The notes under the pieces are model-generated. The model worked only from the letters and a program-made list of their open reading frames with translations. It ran no database searches and was not told the origin of the DNA. Made by a program: the position numbers and the translations under genes. This document shows, piece by piece, positions 13,949-26,973 of a stretch of 64,000 nucleotides of DNA. The first letter of the stretch is position 1. Each line of letters begins with the position of its first letter. The DNA comes from Eledone cirrhosa (Eukaryota): assembly GCA_964016885.1 (NCBI GenBank), contig OZ024757.1, forward strand, positions 14,260,001 to 14,324,000, read 5' to 3'.

Positions 13949-14092
13949 ATCTCATATAAAACAATACAATATAGTTAGCACTCCAAACGTTTAATTGGGA
14001 ATATACTCCGGTATTTCCTAATGTTTGTTGAGTGAGATGGAAATTGGTCGGAGTATCGCTAATAGCTTTCTCCGTTTATGTATATATATATT

Positions 14093-14197
<105 letters not shown>

Positions 14198-14431
14198 GAA
14201 TAATCGAGTATCGAAAAATCGGCGCACGAGTTCACGATAAACAAAATTCGAAATGAGCGGCAGAGGGCTCAATAATTCAGATAAATCAGAGCTATAGCTA
14301 TCGTTAAAATACCGACACACATAGAACATGTCTAAAATCAACCATACGACCGAAAAATTACGATCTGGAAGATTCGGGACACTCAGAATATATATATATA
14401 TATATTTATATATACATATATATATTTATAT

Positions 14432-14536
<105 letters not shown>

Positions 14537-14549
14537 CATATATATATAT

Positions 14550-14731
14550 AGTTCACACTGTAAATGTGGTTGGTGTTAGGGAAAGGTATCCAGCTGTAAA
14601 AAAAACCTGCCAGAGACGCTTCCGTGCGATCGAGACGTGGTCTCCCGACCATTCCCGCATCAAATGGAGCAAAACCGTCTAACCCATGCTAGCATGGAAG
14701 ATAGATGTTTGGACGATGATGATGATGATGA
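14550..14731 (+). mobile_element. RTE-type 3' UTR fragment or SINE tail ending in (GAT)n
   Basis: ATCCAGCTGTA...TCTAACCCATGCTAGCATGGAAGA...GATGATGAT matches the 3' UTR of the 24.5-26k RTE and 58346-58400. Confidence 0.7.
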
Positions 14732-14742
14732 TATATATATAT

Positions 14743-14849
14743 AGGGTGTCCACAAAAATGTATGCACCTTTTGACTACCTGTAAAGGAAATATTTATTAG
14801 AAATATTTATTAGAATAACGCTTGAATGTATTTTTTGGGGACACCCTGA
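14743..14849. mobile_element. Tc1/mariner-like MITE (~110 bp)
   Basis: AGGGTGTCC...GGACACCCTG TIRs in TA context; relatives at 25989, 52399 and 52913. Confidence 0.65.
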
Positions 14850-14854
14850 ATATA

Positions 14855-17800
14855 TATATCTATCTATCTAAGGCGGGTAAAATTCCCGAGATCCATGGAC
14901 GAGTTCTCTCCAGCGGTCTCTGTCCCTCATTATCGCTGCCATATCCTGCATCTCCAACAAACCAGTGTCTGTCCTTAGGGCATCAACATATGTTAACCTT
15001 GGTCTTCCTCTTCTAGTGTGTCCATGTAGGGGCTCCCAAAGGAGCACTGAGTGCAATGTCAACTCTGGATGTCGGTGAGCATGTCCAGCCAACCTCAGTC
15101 TCCTCTGTGTCACTTTTGAGCTGACTCTTGGGATGCCCCCATACAGCTCTGAGTTTTTCATCCTCAGTGTATACTGATTAATGTTCAGAGCCATCCTCAG
15201 CATTCTCGTGTAGCACCCATCCACCATCTGAGTGAGTTTCTTGGTCAGTGTCCAAGTCTCAGATCCATACAGCAGCACAGACTCCACTACAGCAATGAAG
15301 AGGCGGATTTTCAGGTCTCTACGAAGGTCCGACTTCCACACCGATCTCAAGCTGTGGCACGCCGCCCAGGCCTTGCTCTTCCTCTCAACCACATCATCTT
15401 CCGTATTCCCAATCTTTGCTCCCAAATACAGGAAGTCCTCAACCAATTCCAGCAGCTTCCCGCCTACATTAGTGATACCCTCTGGCTTCTCAACATTCTC
15501 TACCAGATATTTTGTTTTAGTCTCATTCATTCTCAGCCCCACACTCATCGACACAGTCTCAACCTCCCGCATCAAATCCTCTACCTCCTTCACTGTATTT
15601 GTCACCAAAACTATGTCGTCGGCAAATTCAGCATCCGATACCTTTTTCGCCCTAACTCTCCTGCTCTGAGCCGGTGCTACAGTAAAGCCAGAGTCCTGGT
15701 GTTTCTCCAGTGCAAGGCGCATACAATAGTCCACTACGATGATAAAAAGGTAGGGAGCCAATGTATCTCCCTGGAGCACTCCAGCCAGTATCTCAAAGAA
15801 CTCTGTCATCCCATCAGGTGTAATGACTTGGGCTTTGGTGTTGGTGTAGAGCAGTGATATCAGGTCCACTATCTTCTTGGGGATTCCATAAGCCTGTAAG
15901 ATCTTCATCAGGCAGTAACGGTCCACAGAATCAAAGGCCTTCCTAAAGTCAATGAAAACCATGACCGCAGAAAGGCACTTTGCTCTAGCTCCCTCTAATA
16001 TCCTCCTCAGCATCAGGATGTGACTGGTGGTTGATCTACCCTCTCTGAAGCCGTTCTGGTTGTCCCTGAGCTTCTTCTCCATCTCAGGCTGGATCCTGTT
16101 AAGAATCATCCTGTTGAGGGTCTTTGCCACAAGTGACGTCAGTGAGATCCCTCGGTAGTTGTTGGTGTTAGAGAGATCTCCCTTCTTTGGCACTGGGACG
16201 ATGTTACTGATCCTCCACTGATTCGGGGCAACTCCTTTCTCCAGTGCCCCGTTACAGAACCCCAGGATGATATCATCAAAATCACACCTCTTCATCACCT
16301 CTGATGCCACTCCATCTTCTACATGAGCCTTGCCCTCCTTGACCTTCTTCTTGGCTCCCTGAAGCTCCTCTCTGGTGAAGGGCTCTGTCTCAACATCCAG
16401 TTCCTCAGACAGCCGCCTGATCTCCCCAGTGCTCTGGGCTGTGGAGGGTGGCTCTCCTAGTAGGGTCCTAAAATGGTCTAGCCATTTCCTCTTCCTATCC
16501 TCGGGCCCCGTTCCCTGGATCTGACTCGAACACCTTCTCTTCCTCCCTGTGATCTCGTTGATGATCATCCAGCTCTCCTTACATCCAGATCTGTCAACCG
16601 CTCTCTCCACACTTCTGATCTTCTCTATCAGTGCCTCCTCTCTGACCTCAGTGTAAGCGGTACAGAGCTCTTCCCTCATCACCTCCACAGTCTCCATCCT
16701 CTCCTCCGTAGGATCAGCATAGAATTGGTCCCTGGCAGCTTTCAGGTGTTCTCTGGCTGCACACACTTTTGGGTTTGCAGAGCTGACGTGCTTCCCTTTG
16801 TTCTTTTTCCTCGGCACCAGGGTTTCACTTGCTTCCGCCACTGCATTGGTGAAGTGCCCGTACCTCCTCGTCACACTCTCCTCAGTCCATCCAATCTCTC
16901 TCTCCTCTGACTCTTCACACAGAGCACTAAACCTGTTTCTCACTTCCACTGTGAACCTCTCCTGTAGCTTATCATCTTCCTTGAAAGCTCCCCAGTCATA
17001 GATTGTTCTCCGGGGCTGAACCTTGCTGTTTCTTAAGCTCACGCGGACCTCACTCATAACAAGCCGGTGGTCACTACCCAGTGTACTGAAATAGCTGTAT
17101 GGTTCCGTGTTCAGAACACTATTCCGCCACTTTTTCCTCACCAGAATGAAATCAATCTGGGACTTGGACAGGTGCATATCTGAGATGTAGGTCCACATCT
17201 TCCCCAGATTCTTCCTAAACCTTAGGTTGGTCGCCATCAAGTTCGCCTCCAGCAGGGTGTCTCTCAGTAGTCTTCCATTTCGGTTGGTGTTGTTATGGAA
17301 GTACCAGCAAGGATCTTCACTGCCCTCCTTACTCAGATGTGCATTGAAGTCCCCCAAAACAAGCAGGATATTGTGTGCCTGAGTGGTGTTGAAAGCTCTA
17401 CACACCTCCTCATGGAACTCTTCCGCATTCACATCACTGTCCCCCTCGGTTGGACTATAGGCTGAGATGACTGTCAGTCTTGGGTTTCCATTGAAGGTCA
17501 CCCTCAACACTCGCGGGGAGATAGACATTATTTCCCTCACCAACAGATTGGTTTTTGCACTGAACACAAAACCCACTCCTCCTACTGCAGCATTGGTTGT
17601 GTTCTACACTGCCGATGTAGTGATGAGATGGCTCTTTCTCCCGATCATCACACTCCTCACGGGCTCATCGTGTAGAATCCTGTGTTCTTGGATCGCAAGT
17701 ATCTGTATACCACTCTCCTCGAACAGATGTCCCAACTCCTCTCGCTTCTCCAGCGTCCGAATAGTCCTCACATTCAAAGTGCCCATTTTGATGGCTCTTC

Positions 17801-18180
17801 TGCAGGACAAAACTGCATTCTTTATATTTGTCTCAGAGACAGCTGATCCATCATCCACTGGCCCTCTCTGTGGCTCTAAGCCAGCAGAGTCATGACGACC
17901 AGGCTGCTCCTTGACAGTGTAATTAGGGGCTCTAACCCTAGTGCTGTTAGATCGACTCTCCATATTTCTTTTCAATGGCTGACAATACCTTACCGGCGCC
18001 ACTCGAATAAGGTAGTTATTTAACCCATAAATGGAGCCCTAACAGGTACTACCACCCCGGGCCAGGGCAGACCTGGGAGTCATGACAACTAAGGGGTAAC
18101 TCCACATACCCCACATCTCCTGAACTCCCGAACTGGAGCCTTGCCACTGGATGTAGTTTAATGTCATACCCAGGACATAA
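14855..18180 (-). mobile_element. Near full-length RTE-clade LINE
   Basis: Single APE-RT reading frame, short 5' UTR, very short 3' end running into (TAGA)/(TA). Confidence 0.92.
14868..18002 (-). pseudogene. RTE APE endonuclease + reverse transcriptase, interrupted by one in-frame TAG at 17604-17606
   Basis: GTLNVRT, IQEHR, SAYSPT, GDFNA, IDFIL, SDHR (APE); NYRGISL, QNGFR, FIDFRKAFDS, GVLQGDTLAP, FADD, YLG, LLYGSETW (RT). The two track ORFs are in frame, 9 codons apart. Confidence 0.92.
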
Positions 18181-18243
18181 TATATATATATACATATATA
18201 ATTATGTAAAAATTGCCTCCTATTTTGACTTTTCATTTTTTAA

Positions 18244-18365
<122 letters not shown>

Positions 18366-18571
18366 CGTTTCTGAATTTGTTTAGCAAGATTCTTTATCTG
18401 AAAACGTGTTTTGAAAGCGATATTGTTATGCTTTGGGAGGGTCATGTTGCCAATAAGAAACACACGCACCAGTTGCTTTCACTCCAATTTATTATAAATT
18501 AAATTTATAAATTTAAGAATTTGTAAATTTCCGGTTGGTTGGTTCCATAACCAGATGATTGTTTATATATT

Positions 18572-18614
18572 GTCAAAGTTCTTTCGTCACACATTCTGTG
18601 ACCTCTTCAGTGAT
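18572..18614 (-). ncRNA. Hammerhead ribozyme motif
   Basis: Inverted copy of 18730-18772. Confidence 0.75.
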
Positions 18615-18729
18615 TGGGGATTCTTTTCTTTGTTTTTGTGCCTCTCCTTTGTTCTGTCCTACGCCATCTTGTTTTGATGGCGTAGGACAGAACAAAGGTG
18701 AGGCACAAAAACAAAGAAAAGAATCCCCA

Positions 18730-18772
18730 GTCACTGAAGAGGTCACAGAATGTGTGACGAAAGAACTTTGAC
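18730..18772 (+). ncRNA. Hammerhead ribozyme motif
   Basis: GTCA-CTGAAGA-G-GTCACA gaatg TGTGAC-GAAA-GAAC-TT-TGAC. Confidence 0.8.
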
Positions 18773-19447
18773 AATATATAAACAATCATCTGGTTATGGA
18801 ACCAACCAACCGGAAATTTACAAATTCTTAAATTTATAAATTTAATTTATAATAAATTGGAGTGAAAGCAACTGGTGCGTGTTTCTTATTGGCAACATGA
18901 CCCTCCCAAAGCATAACAATATATATATATAGTAAAAAATTGAACGGGAACAAAACAGAGAGGCAGTACGAACAAAGGTTTATTAGTTTCACGCTCTTGA
19001 GAGTGGGGTGGTGGTATATATATACACCTACACGGCCTTTGTAAAACTTCTCGAAACATAGACAATCTCATATGAAATACACAGATGACATCACTGTCAC
19101 ACGCTCTCACCGTACTCTCGACATCGCTGAAGCGTTAATTTGAGGTGAGAATTTGTTGTATTATTCAACAGGTCGAGCAACCGCGAAAAGACTCTCTCGT
19201 TGGTTTCCTGACAGGCAGTCAAACACACAATGGTGGGCAAGTTAAGTTGGTCTAGTGACCTAATCAAACATTCAACACCGTAACAAGCTTAATTTTCTCA
19301 CATCAAACCAACCAAGCAACAAACTATCAACCATTTTTCAGTGAAACATCCCCATTGTCACCATCTACCCATATATGTATCTGTCTGTCTATCTATATAC
19401 CTACTCATCCATCTATATATGCATCTATCTACCCGTCCATCTGTCTG

Positions 19448-19507
<60 letters not shown>

Positions 19508-19578
19508 CCCGTCCATCTAACTAACTATCTATCTACCCATCTCTCTATATGTCTGTCTGTTAATCTATCTATGCATCC

Positions 19579-20113
19579 AGTTGTCAGCCGAATCCATCGT
19601 GAGGATCAACCCGCCGCCTTCATTTAAGAATGAAGGAGAGGCGGTCTTCCTCTGTCTGGTGGCTATGGCAAAAGAGGTTAAAAGGACTGAGGGCAAGCAC
19701 CTTTCTCTCCGGACAACAACTCATCCCCTTCTTTAAGTACCACTTCAGAAGGAAGGTGAGAGTGGAGAGAGAGCTGTTACACCCCAGTAAATTCGCTGAA
19801 AGGTGGGTGACTGTGGCGACAATGGCCCGAGTGAATGGGCCTTCTCTGTATATAAACCTGTAGGTTGAAGAAGACAAACAGGGGGAAGACAGGAACACCT
19901 ACAAAACGTGTTCCTGGTGTTGAGGGTTGTTCTATCCACGGGGTGTAAAACAACCCCGCAGTAGCGTTACCCCCTCCCTCTAATGGGAATTTCAATTGTT
20001 TTATTTTTATATAGTTTATTGTTATTTATCATTGTTAGAGATTTTATGTAAACCCCCGCCGTCACGTCTTGTAATGTCCCATTTTTGTACGCCCCTGTGG
20101 CAAATAAAGAAAG
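19579..20113 (+). mobile_element. Tx1/L1-clade LINE 3' fragment in (TCTA)n
   Basis: Peptide FLSGQQL..FF.YHF.R..R.ERE.LHPS.F.ERWV.VA.MARVNGPSLY is shared with the 29-31k copies; ends GTGGCAAATAAAGAAAG then TATCTATCT. Confidence 0.8.
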
Positions 20114-21183
20114 ATATCTATCTGCCTGTCTGACTATCAATCTATCTGCCTGTCTGTCTATCTATCTACTTACCCATCTATCTATATATCTACCTATCTG
20201 TCTTTCTGTCTACCCAACTTTCTAACTACTTAACTCCCTATCTACATACCTACACAAACACACATGCATACACACATACACACAGACACACACATACACA
20301 TACTTACACACACACACAAACACACACACACATACACACTTAAACATACTTAAACACACATATACATACACATACTTACACACACACACACACACACACA
20401 CATACACACTTACACATACTTAAACACACATATACATACACATACTTACACACACACACACACACTTACACATACTTAAACACACATATACATACACATA
20501 CTTACACACACGCACACACACATACACACTTACACATACTTAAACACACATATACATACACATACTTACACACACACACACACATACACACTTACACATA
20601 CTTAAACACACATACATACACATACTTACACACACACACAAACACACACACACACACACACATACATACTTACACACACACACACACACACACACAGACC
20701 CACAGACAGGTATCTCTGTTGTTATGTAACTGCCCCAACTTGTACGTTGTTTTATCCTCTGTTGTTCAACTTCTTCCTGTGGTGATATCCGCTTCAGTTG
20801 GTTTCGTCAGACGACACGGTGTGTCTTACAGGAGATTCATTGAAACTGTTTGGCTCAGATCAAATTTGCCTGGACAGGGGGGGGGGGACAGACAGACAAT
20901 GTGAGCCTTGTTACTAAATAACTCTTTATTAATTGAATCACTCAATAGTTGTTAGTTGTTCTTCTTCCTGCCTAATATATATACACCTGTGTATGTATGT
21001 GTGTGTGTGTGTGTATGTATGTATGTAGGTATGTGTGTGTGTGTATGTATGTAGGTGTGTGTGTGTGTGTGTGTGTGTAGGTGTGTGTGTGTGTGTGTGT
21101 GTCGTGAAACTAATATAACATTTGTACTGCCTCTTCGCTTCTACGTTGTTTTTTTTTTGTTTTCTGTTTACTGTCTCAACTTT

Positions 21184-21297
<114 letters not shown>

Positions 21298-21430
21298 GTA
21301 TTAGTTATACTATTTATGGTTATGTAAACTCTAAATTCTGTAATGAATGTTGACCCACAATGTTTGAATATGTATTGGTATGTCTCTCGGCTGAAAAGGA
21401 GGTCATATAACTGTCCATGCATTAATAAAT

Positions 21431-21477
21431 TGCTCCGAAGAATCCAAACCTCGGTTTGGAGGAAACAGCTGTAAGCA
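21431..21477 (+). ncRNA. Hammerhead ribozyme motif with U4C core
   Basis: TGCT-CCGAAGA-A-TCCAAACC tc GGTTTGGA-G-GAAA-CAGCTG-TA-AGCA. Confidence 0.65.
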
Positions 21478-21521
21478 CAATAATGTTTTGAACAGTTCTT
21501 TGATTCTTATATTTCATATAT

Positions 21522-21554
<33 letters not shown>

Positions 21555-21611
21555 AATATATATATAAATATATATATATATATAGTAACCCAACAATTTT
21601 AAATATAACTT

Positions 21612-21741
<130 letters not shown>

Positions 21742-21875
21742 TATATGTGTGTGTGTATGTGTGTGTATCTATACATATATACATATACATATATATATAT
21801 ATACATTATGAAGAGAGAAGAAACATTTAGATATAATTAGTAATAAAATGTATCATACCTAAACTGCTCCTAGAT

Positions 21876-21965
21876 TCCTCGACTACGTAGTTTCGTGGCA
21901 TAAACAAAAACAATACATCATAAAGATATAGAGTCTTTGCGAGGTCTGCCGACTTATCAAGAGGA
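21876..21965 (-). ncRNA. Hammerhead ribozyme motif (U3-A8 core)
   Basis: Inverted copy of 22712-22801. Confidence 0.7.
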
Positions 21966-22711
21966 TACCTCGTTTTACTAGCTTCAAGAACGCGTCTACA
22001 CGACGTGAGAAAGAATCCCAAAAGGCGGAGGGGGAGATAGTCACGCGATATAACGTTCGAGAAACAGAGCTAAGCCTCTTATAACCCCGAAGAAAATACC
22101 ACGGAGGCGGAGGGGGTATTTATATCGAAGCCGTAGAAGAGGTGGTGAAGGAGGCGAGAAGTATGAGTAATGGCAGCTTTCCAGCAGTCACCACACTTCA
22201 AAGATTACTCGACCAGAGGGAGTTATGAACAATATATTTAGAAACACACAGACACATGCGGACACACACATATACATGAATGCATCCACACCCAACCGTG
22301 GTTCAGTCTAATTCAACCGGATTGGTCTGTCCCAGTCATTCATTGAGCAACATCGGTAAGGTTGGCACCATTAACTCACGGTTGGGTGTGGATGCATTCA
22401 TGTATATGTGTGTGTCCGCATGTGTCTGTGTGTTTCTAAATATATTGTTCATAACTCCCTCTGGTCGAGTAATCTTTGAAGTGTGGTGACTGCTGGAAAG
22501 CTGCCATTACTCATACTTCTCGCCTCCTTCACCACCTCTTCTACGGCTTCGATATAAATACCCCCTCCGCCTCCGTGGTATTTTCTTCGGGGTTATAAGA
22601 GGCTTAGCTCTGTTTCTCGAACGTTATATCGCGTGACTATCTCCCCCTCCGCCTTTTGGGATTCTTTCTCACGTCGTGTAGACGCGTTCTTGAAGCTAGT
22701 AAAGCGAGGTA

Positions 22712-22801
22712 TCCTCTTGATAAGTCGGCAGACCTCGCAAAGACTCTATATCTTTATGATGTATTGTTTTTGTTTATGCCACGAAACTACGTAGTCGAGG
22801 A
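22712..22801 (+). ncRNA. Hammerhead ribozyme motif (U3-A8 core, long stem II)
   Basis: TCCTC-TTGATAA-GTCGGCA...TGCCAC-GAAA-CTACGTAG-TC-GAGGA, giving a GUC cleavage triplet. Confidence 0.72.
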
Positions 22802-23135
22802 ATCTAGGAGCAGTTTAGGTATGATACATTTTATTACTAATTATATCTAAATGTTTCTTCTCTCTTCATAATGTATTTTTAACTCTGATACTGGTTCAGT
22901 CTAATTCAACCGGATTGGTCTGTCCCAGTCATTCATTGAGCAACATCGGTAAGGTTGGCACCATTAACTCACGGTTGGGTGTGGATGCATTCATGTATAT
23001 GTGTGTGTCCGCATGTGTCTGTGTGTTTCTAAATATATTGTATATATATATATATATATATATACATATACACACATATATATACACAAACATATATATA
23101 TATATACACACACACACACATATATATATATACAT

Positions 23136-23190
<55 letters not shown>

Positions 23191-23314
23191 CACACACATA
23201 TGTTGCTGTGTTTCGTTTCCTACATAATACTAATTAAAGATGTTTGTTGCTCTGTTGTTTCACTACACAAGGCTTTCGAACAAAGATGCGCCTTGCGGTG
23301 ATATATTTACCTAC

Positions 23315-23366
<52 letters not shown>

Positions 23367-23519
23367 ATAAATGCTCTGAAATAGCGATATATATGTGAAT
23401 ATAGACATAGAATATTCGAAAATATTCTGTATGTTTATAATAAACATTTTGAAGACCTAATCGCTATAGAATAGAATACGTCACGTATTACAATTAGATT
23501 CTCGATAAAAGCAAGGGAA

Positions 23520-23562
23520 GTAATCTACGCGTTTCATTCTCGTTAGAAATCATCAGGACTAC
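23520..23562 (-). ncRNA. Hammerhead ribozyme motif
   Basis: Inverted copy of 23754-23796. Confidence 0.8.
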
Positions 23563-23753
23563 ATATCCAGTGCTTTTATCGAGAATGACACAGCTAGAGA
23601 CTTATATTCACATATATATCGCTATTTCAGAGCATTTATTCCAATTTCTAATTTCTGCCGGACCGGCAACCGCTCTTTCAAACCAGTTCCTGTACACAGC
23701 TAAGTATTCTATAAGTCTCTAGCTGTGTCATTCTCGATAAAAGCACTGGATAT

Positions 23754-23796
23754 GTAGTCCTGATGATTTCTAACGAGAATGAAACGCGTAGATTAC
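23754..23796 (+). ncRNA. Hammerhead ribozyme motif
   Basis: GTAGTC-CTGATGA-T-TTCT aacg AGAA-T-GAAA-CGCG-TA-GATTAC. Confidence 0.85.
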
Positions 23797-23970
23797 TTCC
23801 CTTGCTTTTATCGAGAATCTAATTGTAATACGTGACGTATTCTATTCTATAGCGATTAGGTCTTCAAAATGTTTATTATAAACATACAGAATATTTTCGA
23901 ATATTCTATGTCTATATATATATATATAAATTAATAAAATAATGAAACAGTTCCTTATATATATATAGTG

Positions 23971-24001
<31 letters not shown>

Positions 24002-24020
24002 GTATATATATATATGTATG

Positions 24021-24182
<162 letters not shown>

Positions 24183-24205
24183 TATATATATATATATATA
24201 TAGTG

Positions 24206-24237
<32 letters not shown>

Positions 24238-24279
24238 GTGTATATATATATATATAGTATATATATATATATATATATA

Positions 24280-24313
<34 letters not shown>

Positions 24314-24337
24314 TATATATATATATATATATATATA

Positions 24338-24432
<95 letters not shown>

Positions 24433-24477
24433 TATATATATATATACACACTGTATATATATATAAATATATATATA

Positions 24478-25970
24478 TCATCATCATCATCATCATCACC
24501 GTTTTACGTCTGTTCTTCCACGCTAGCATGGGTTAGATGGGTTGTTCTATTGTGGGCAGTGTCTGGTCAGCTGACCATGCCTTGCTCATACGGGAACTGA
24601 TTTTGGCTTGATTTCTACAGCTGGATGCCCTTCCTAACACCAACCTCATTTACAGTGAGTGCTGGGTGCTTTTTGCGTGGTGCCTACACGTCCACTTTAC
24701 AGTGTGGGCTGGGTGCTGTTTTGCTGTGGCACCTCCACGACCACTTTGCAGTGGGAGGGTGTGAGGGCATATTGTCTATATGCTTCAGCTTGTACCCATG
24801 GGAGGTCGGGTACTCTGTATTACTGCGTGACGCCAGAAGTCACGGTCGTGTGTCATCGCCTTTGAGAGGTGTAATTGGGTAAGGTCGGCTTTTATCACCT
24901 CATCCCAGGTCTTCTTGGGTCTCCCCACTCCGCGGTTTCCATTGACTTCTAGTGCTCTGCACATTTTTATGCAGCTGTCATCCTTCATACGCATCACATG
25001 TCCATACCAACGCAACCGCCTCTCCTGCACACAGCATTTGATTCCTCTTATGCTCAGTCTCTCTCTCAATTCATTTATGCTTTGTCGTTCGCGTATATTA
25101 CTATTACACATCCATCGGAGCATGCAGGCTTCGTTTCTTTCTAATCTACGTAAGTCTTCCACCTTCAGCGCCCAGGTCTCACTACCATGTAACATCGCTG
25201 TTCGGATACACGCATCATACAGTCTGCCTTTCATTTTGAGGGAGAAGCCTTTTGCAGCTAACAGTGGCAGTAGTTCCCTGAACTTCTTCCATCCCGTTCT
25301 TACCCTAGTTATTGTACTTTCTGAACACCCACCTCCGCTGCTAATTCGGTCACCTAGGTAGCAGAAGCTGTCTACTGTTTCTACAGCGCCCGCCCAGAGA
25401 TTGGTGGTTCTTGTTTCCTGTGGCTGTTTGCTGCTTGCTGTCCCAGCACAGCTGCTGCATGTGAAGCCTACATTCTTAATTAAGCTTCCTGAGATCCCGC
25501 TACATCTCTTGTGTACCCATTGTTTGCATTTGAGGCAGAGAATAGAGTTCCTACCTACACCTTTCCTACACACTGAGCAAGGCCATTTCACTGAGGCGAT
25601 CTGGGTTCTGTTTTCTCGTCTACTTACCAGGACCTTAGTCTTTGTCATGTTGACTTTGAGACCCTTTCTTTCTAGTCCCTGCTTCCATGCTTGGAATTTC
25701 TTCTCTAGTTCTACCATAGATTCAGCTATAAGTGAGAGGTCATCAGCATACAGGAGTTCCCATGGGCATCCGGTCTTAAACTCCTCCGTTATTGCCTGCA
25801 GGACTATGATGAACAGGAGAGGGCTAAGAACAGAGCCCTTGTGGACACCAACCTGTACGCTAAATTCCTCGCTATACTCATTGCTAATCCTAACTTTGCT
25901 GACTGCTCCCCTATACATGGCTTGTACAGCTTTCACAAACCATTCATCTACTCCTAGTTTTCTAAGAGCC
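24478..25970 (-). mobile_element. 5'-truncated RTE-clade LINE with (GAT)n tail
   Basis: RT ORF, about 300 bp 3' UTR, GATGATGAT tail. Confidence 0.88.
24785..25936 (-). CDS. RTE reverse transcriptase C-terminal part with PHD-like Cys/His insertion
   Basis: GVHKGSVLSPLLF, LLYADD, CSVC..CLKC..HKRC..CSSC, FCYLG, MLHGSETW, RLRWYGHV, GRPKKTW. Confidence 0.85.
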   Translation of the reverse strand: MKAVQAMYRGAVSKVRISNEYSEEFSVQVGVHKGSVLSPLLFIIVLQAITEEFKTGCPWELLYADDLSLIAESMVELEKKFQAWKQGLERKGLKVNMTKTKVLVSRRENRTQIASVKWPCSVCRKGVGRNSILCLKCKQWVHKRCSGISGSLIKNVGFTCSSCAGTASSKQPQETRTTNLWAGAVETVDSFCYLGDRISSGGGCSESTITRVRTGWKKFRELLPLLAAKGFSLKMKGRLYDACIRTAMLHGSETWALKVEDLRRLERNEACMLRWMCNSNIRERQSINELRERLSIRGIKCCVQERRLRWYGHVMRMKDDSCIKMCRALEVNGNRGVGRPKKTWDEVIKADLTQLHLSKAMTHDRDFWRHAVIQSTRPPMGTS

Positions 25971-25988
25971 CATATATATATACATACG

Positions 25989-26091
25989 AGGGTGCCATCG
26001 TCCCCCCCAAAACTGTAAACACACTTTGAATACCTATACAGGCAATATTTATTAGAATGCTGTTGAGGTGTGTATACATTTTTGGGACACC

Positions 26092-26093
<2 letters not shown>
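25989..26093. mobile_element. Tc1/mariner-like MITE, degenerate
   Basis: Similar to 52913-53019. Confidence 0.55.
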
Positions 26094-26139
<46 letters not shown>

Positions 26140-26973
26140 ATATCCCTTTCTCTCTCTCCCTCTCTCCTCGCTTTCGAAAAAACCGGCTGTGTTCCGACCA
26201 GTAATAAACTCCCCCAAGTTTAAAATCCTTAAGGCATGCCTTGTATCAGTATACGACCCCTACGATTCCTTCAACAATTAGGTTTCTCTTTACTTTACCT
26301 TCTGAGTGCAAATCCAGCTGCCTTTCATCTTCCAGGGTCGATAAGCTAAAGTACCAGTAAAGTCATGGGGTCGATCTAATCGCCCTTCTTCTTCCCGTGC
26401 AAATTGTTGATCTAGTCCTTAAAATTCGAAAACATTTTTATCATTGTTATTTAACCCTAGGTTACTTTCTATCAAGCAGATTGGGGGCGTTCCAGCCCTA
26501 ACCAAACAGCATATTCATATATCTGGCAATACATTTCCCAAGGTGCTCTCCTTTTTAAACTCGATTACGTGTAGTTTAAAGGAGTTTGGTTGCTATTTCT
26601 AAAAAAGATCGTTCAACTTGTATTATTTTCTTTTTTTTCAGCTATTTGACAACGGCCAAGCTGGGGGCACTTTGTCGATCTAATCGATCTTATGGACACC
26701 AGTAAACCTTTTTTTATTTTCGAGTCGGGTATGTATTTTACTGATCATTTTGTGTCGAACCGCTAATTTACGGAACAGAAGCACAGACAGACACTTTTCA
26801 ATATATGTTTTTTTTTTCAAAGTTTTGGCTCTGGCTTAATCACCAGGAGGCACTGCTGTATAAGGGATCAGTTAGACAAAATAATAATAATAATTATTAT
26901 TATTATTTCTACTATATGCACAAGGCCAGCAATTTTGGGAGAGTTCATTACTTATGTATATATATATATATAT

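Larger units (their letters stand above)
21805..23040 (+). mobile_element. ORF-less HHR element: inverted copy + 593-bp unit + partial tandem
   Basis: TGGTTCAGTC starts at 22299 and again at 22892; 21805-22300 is the reverse complement of about 22378-22874. Confidence 0.85.
23361..23915 (+). mobile_element. ORF-less HHR element: 310-bp unit plus junction-spanning inverted copy
   Basis: Unit 23606-23915; 23361-23605 on the minus strand reads unit end then unit start; flanked by (TA)n. Confidence 0.85.

Noticed and set aside
20720-20980. Possible solo LTR starting TGTTATG
   Set aside because: No matching terminal CA, target-site duplication or second copy.
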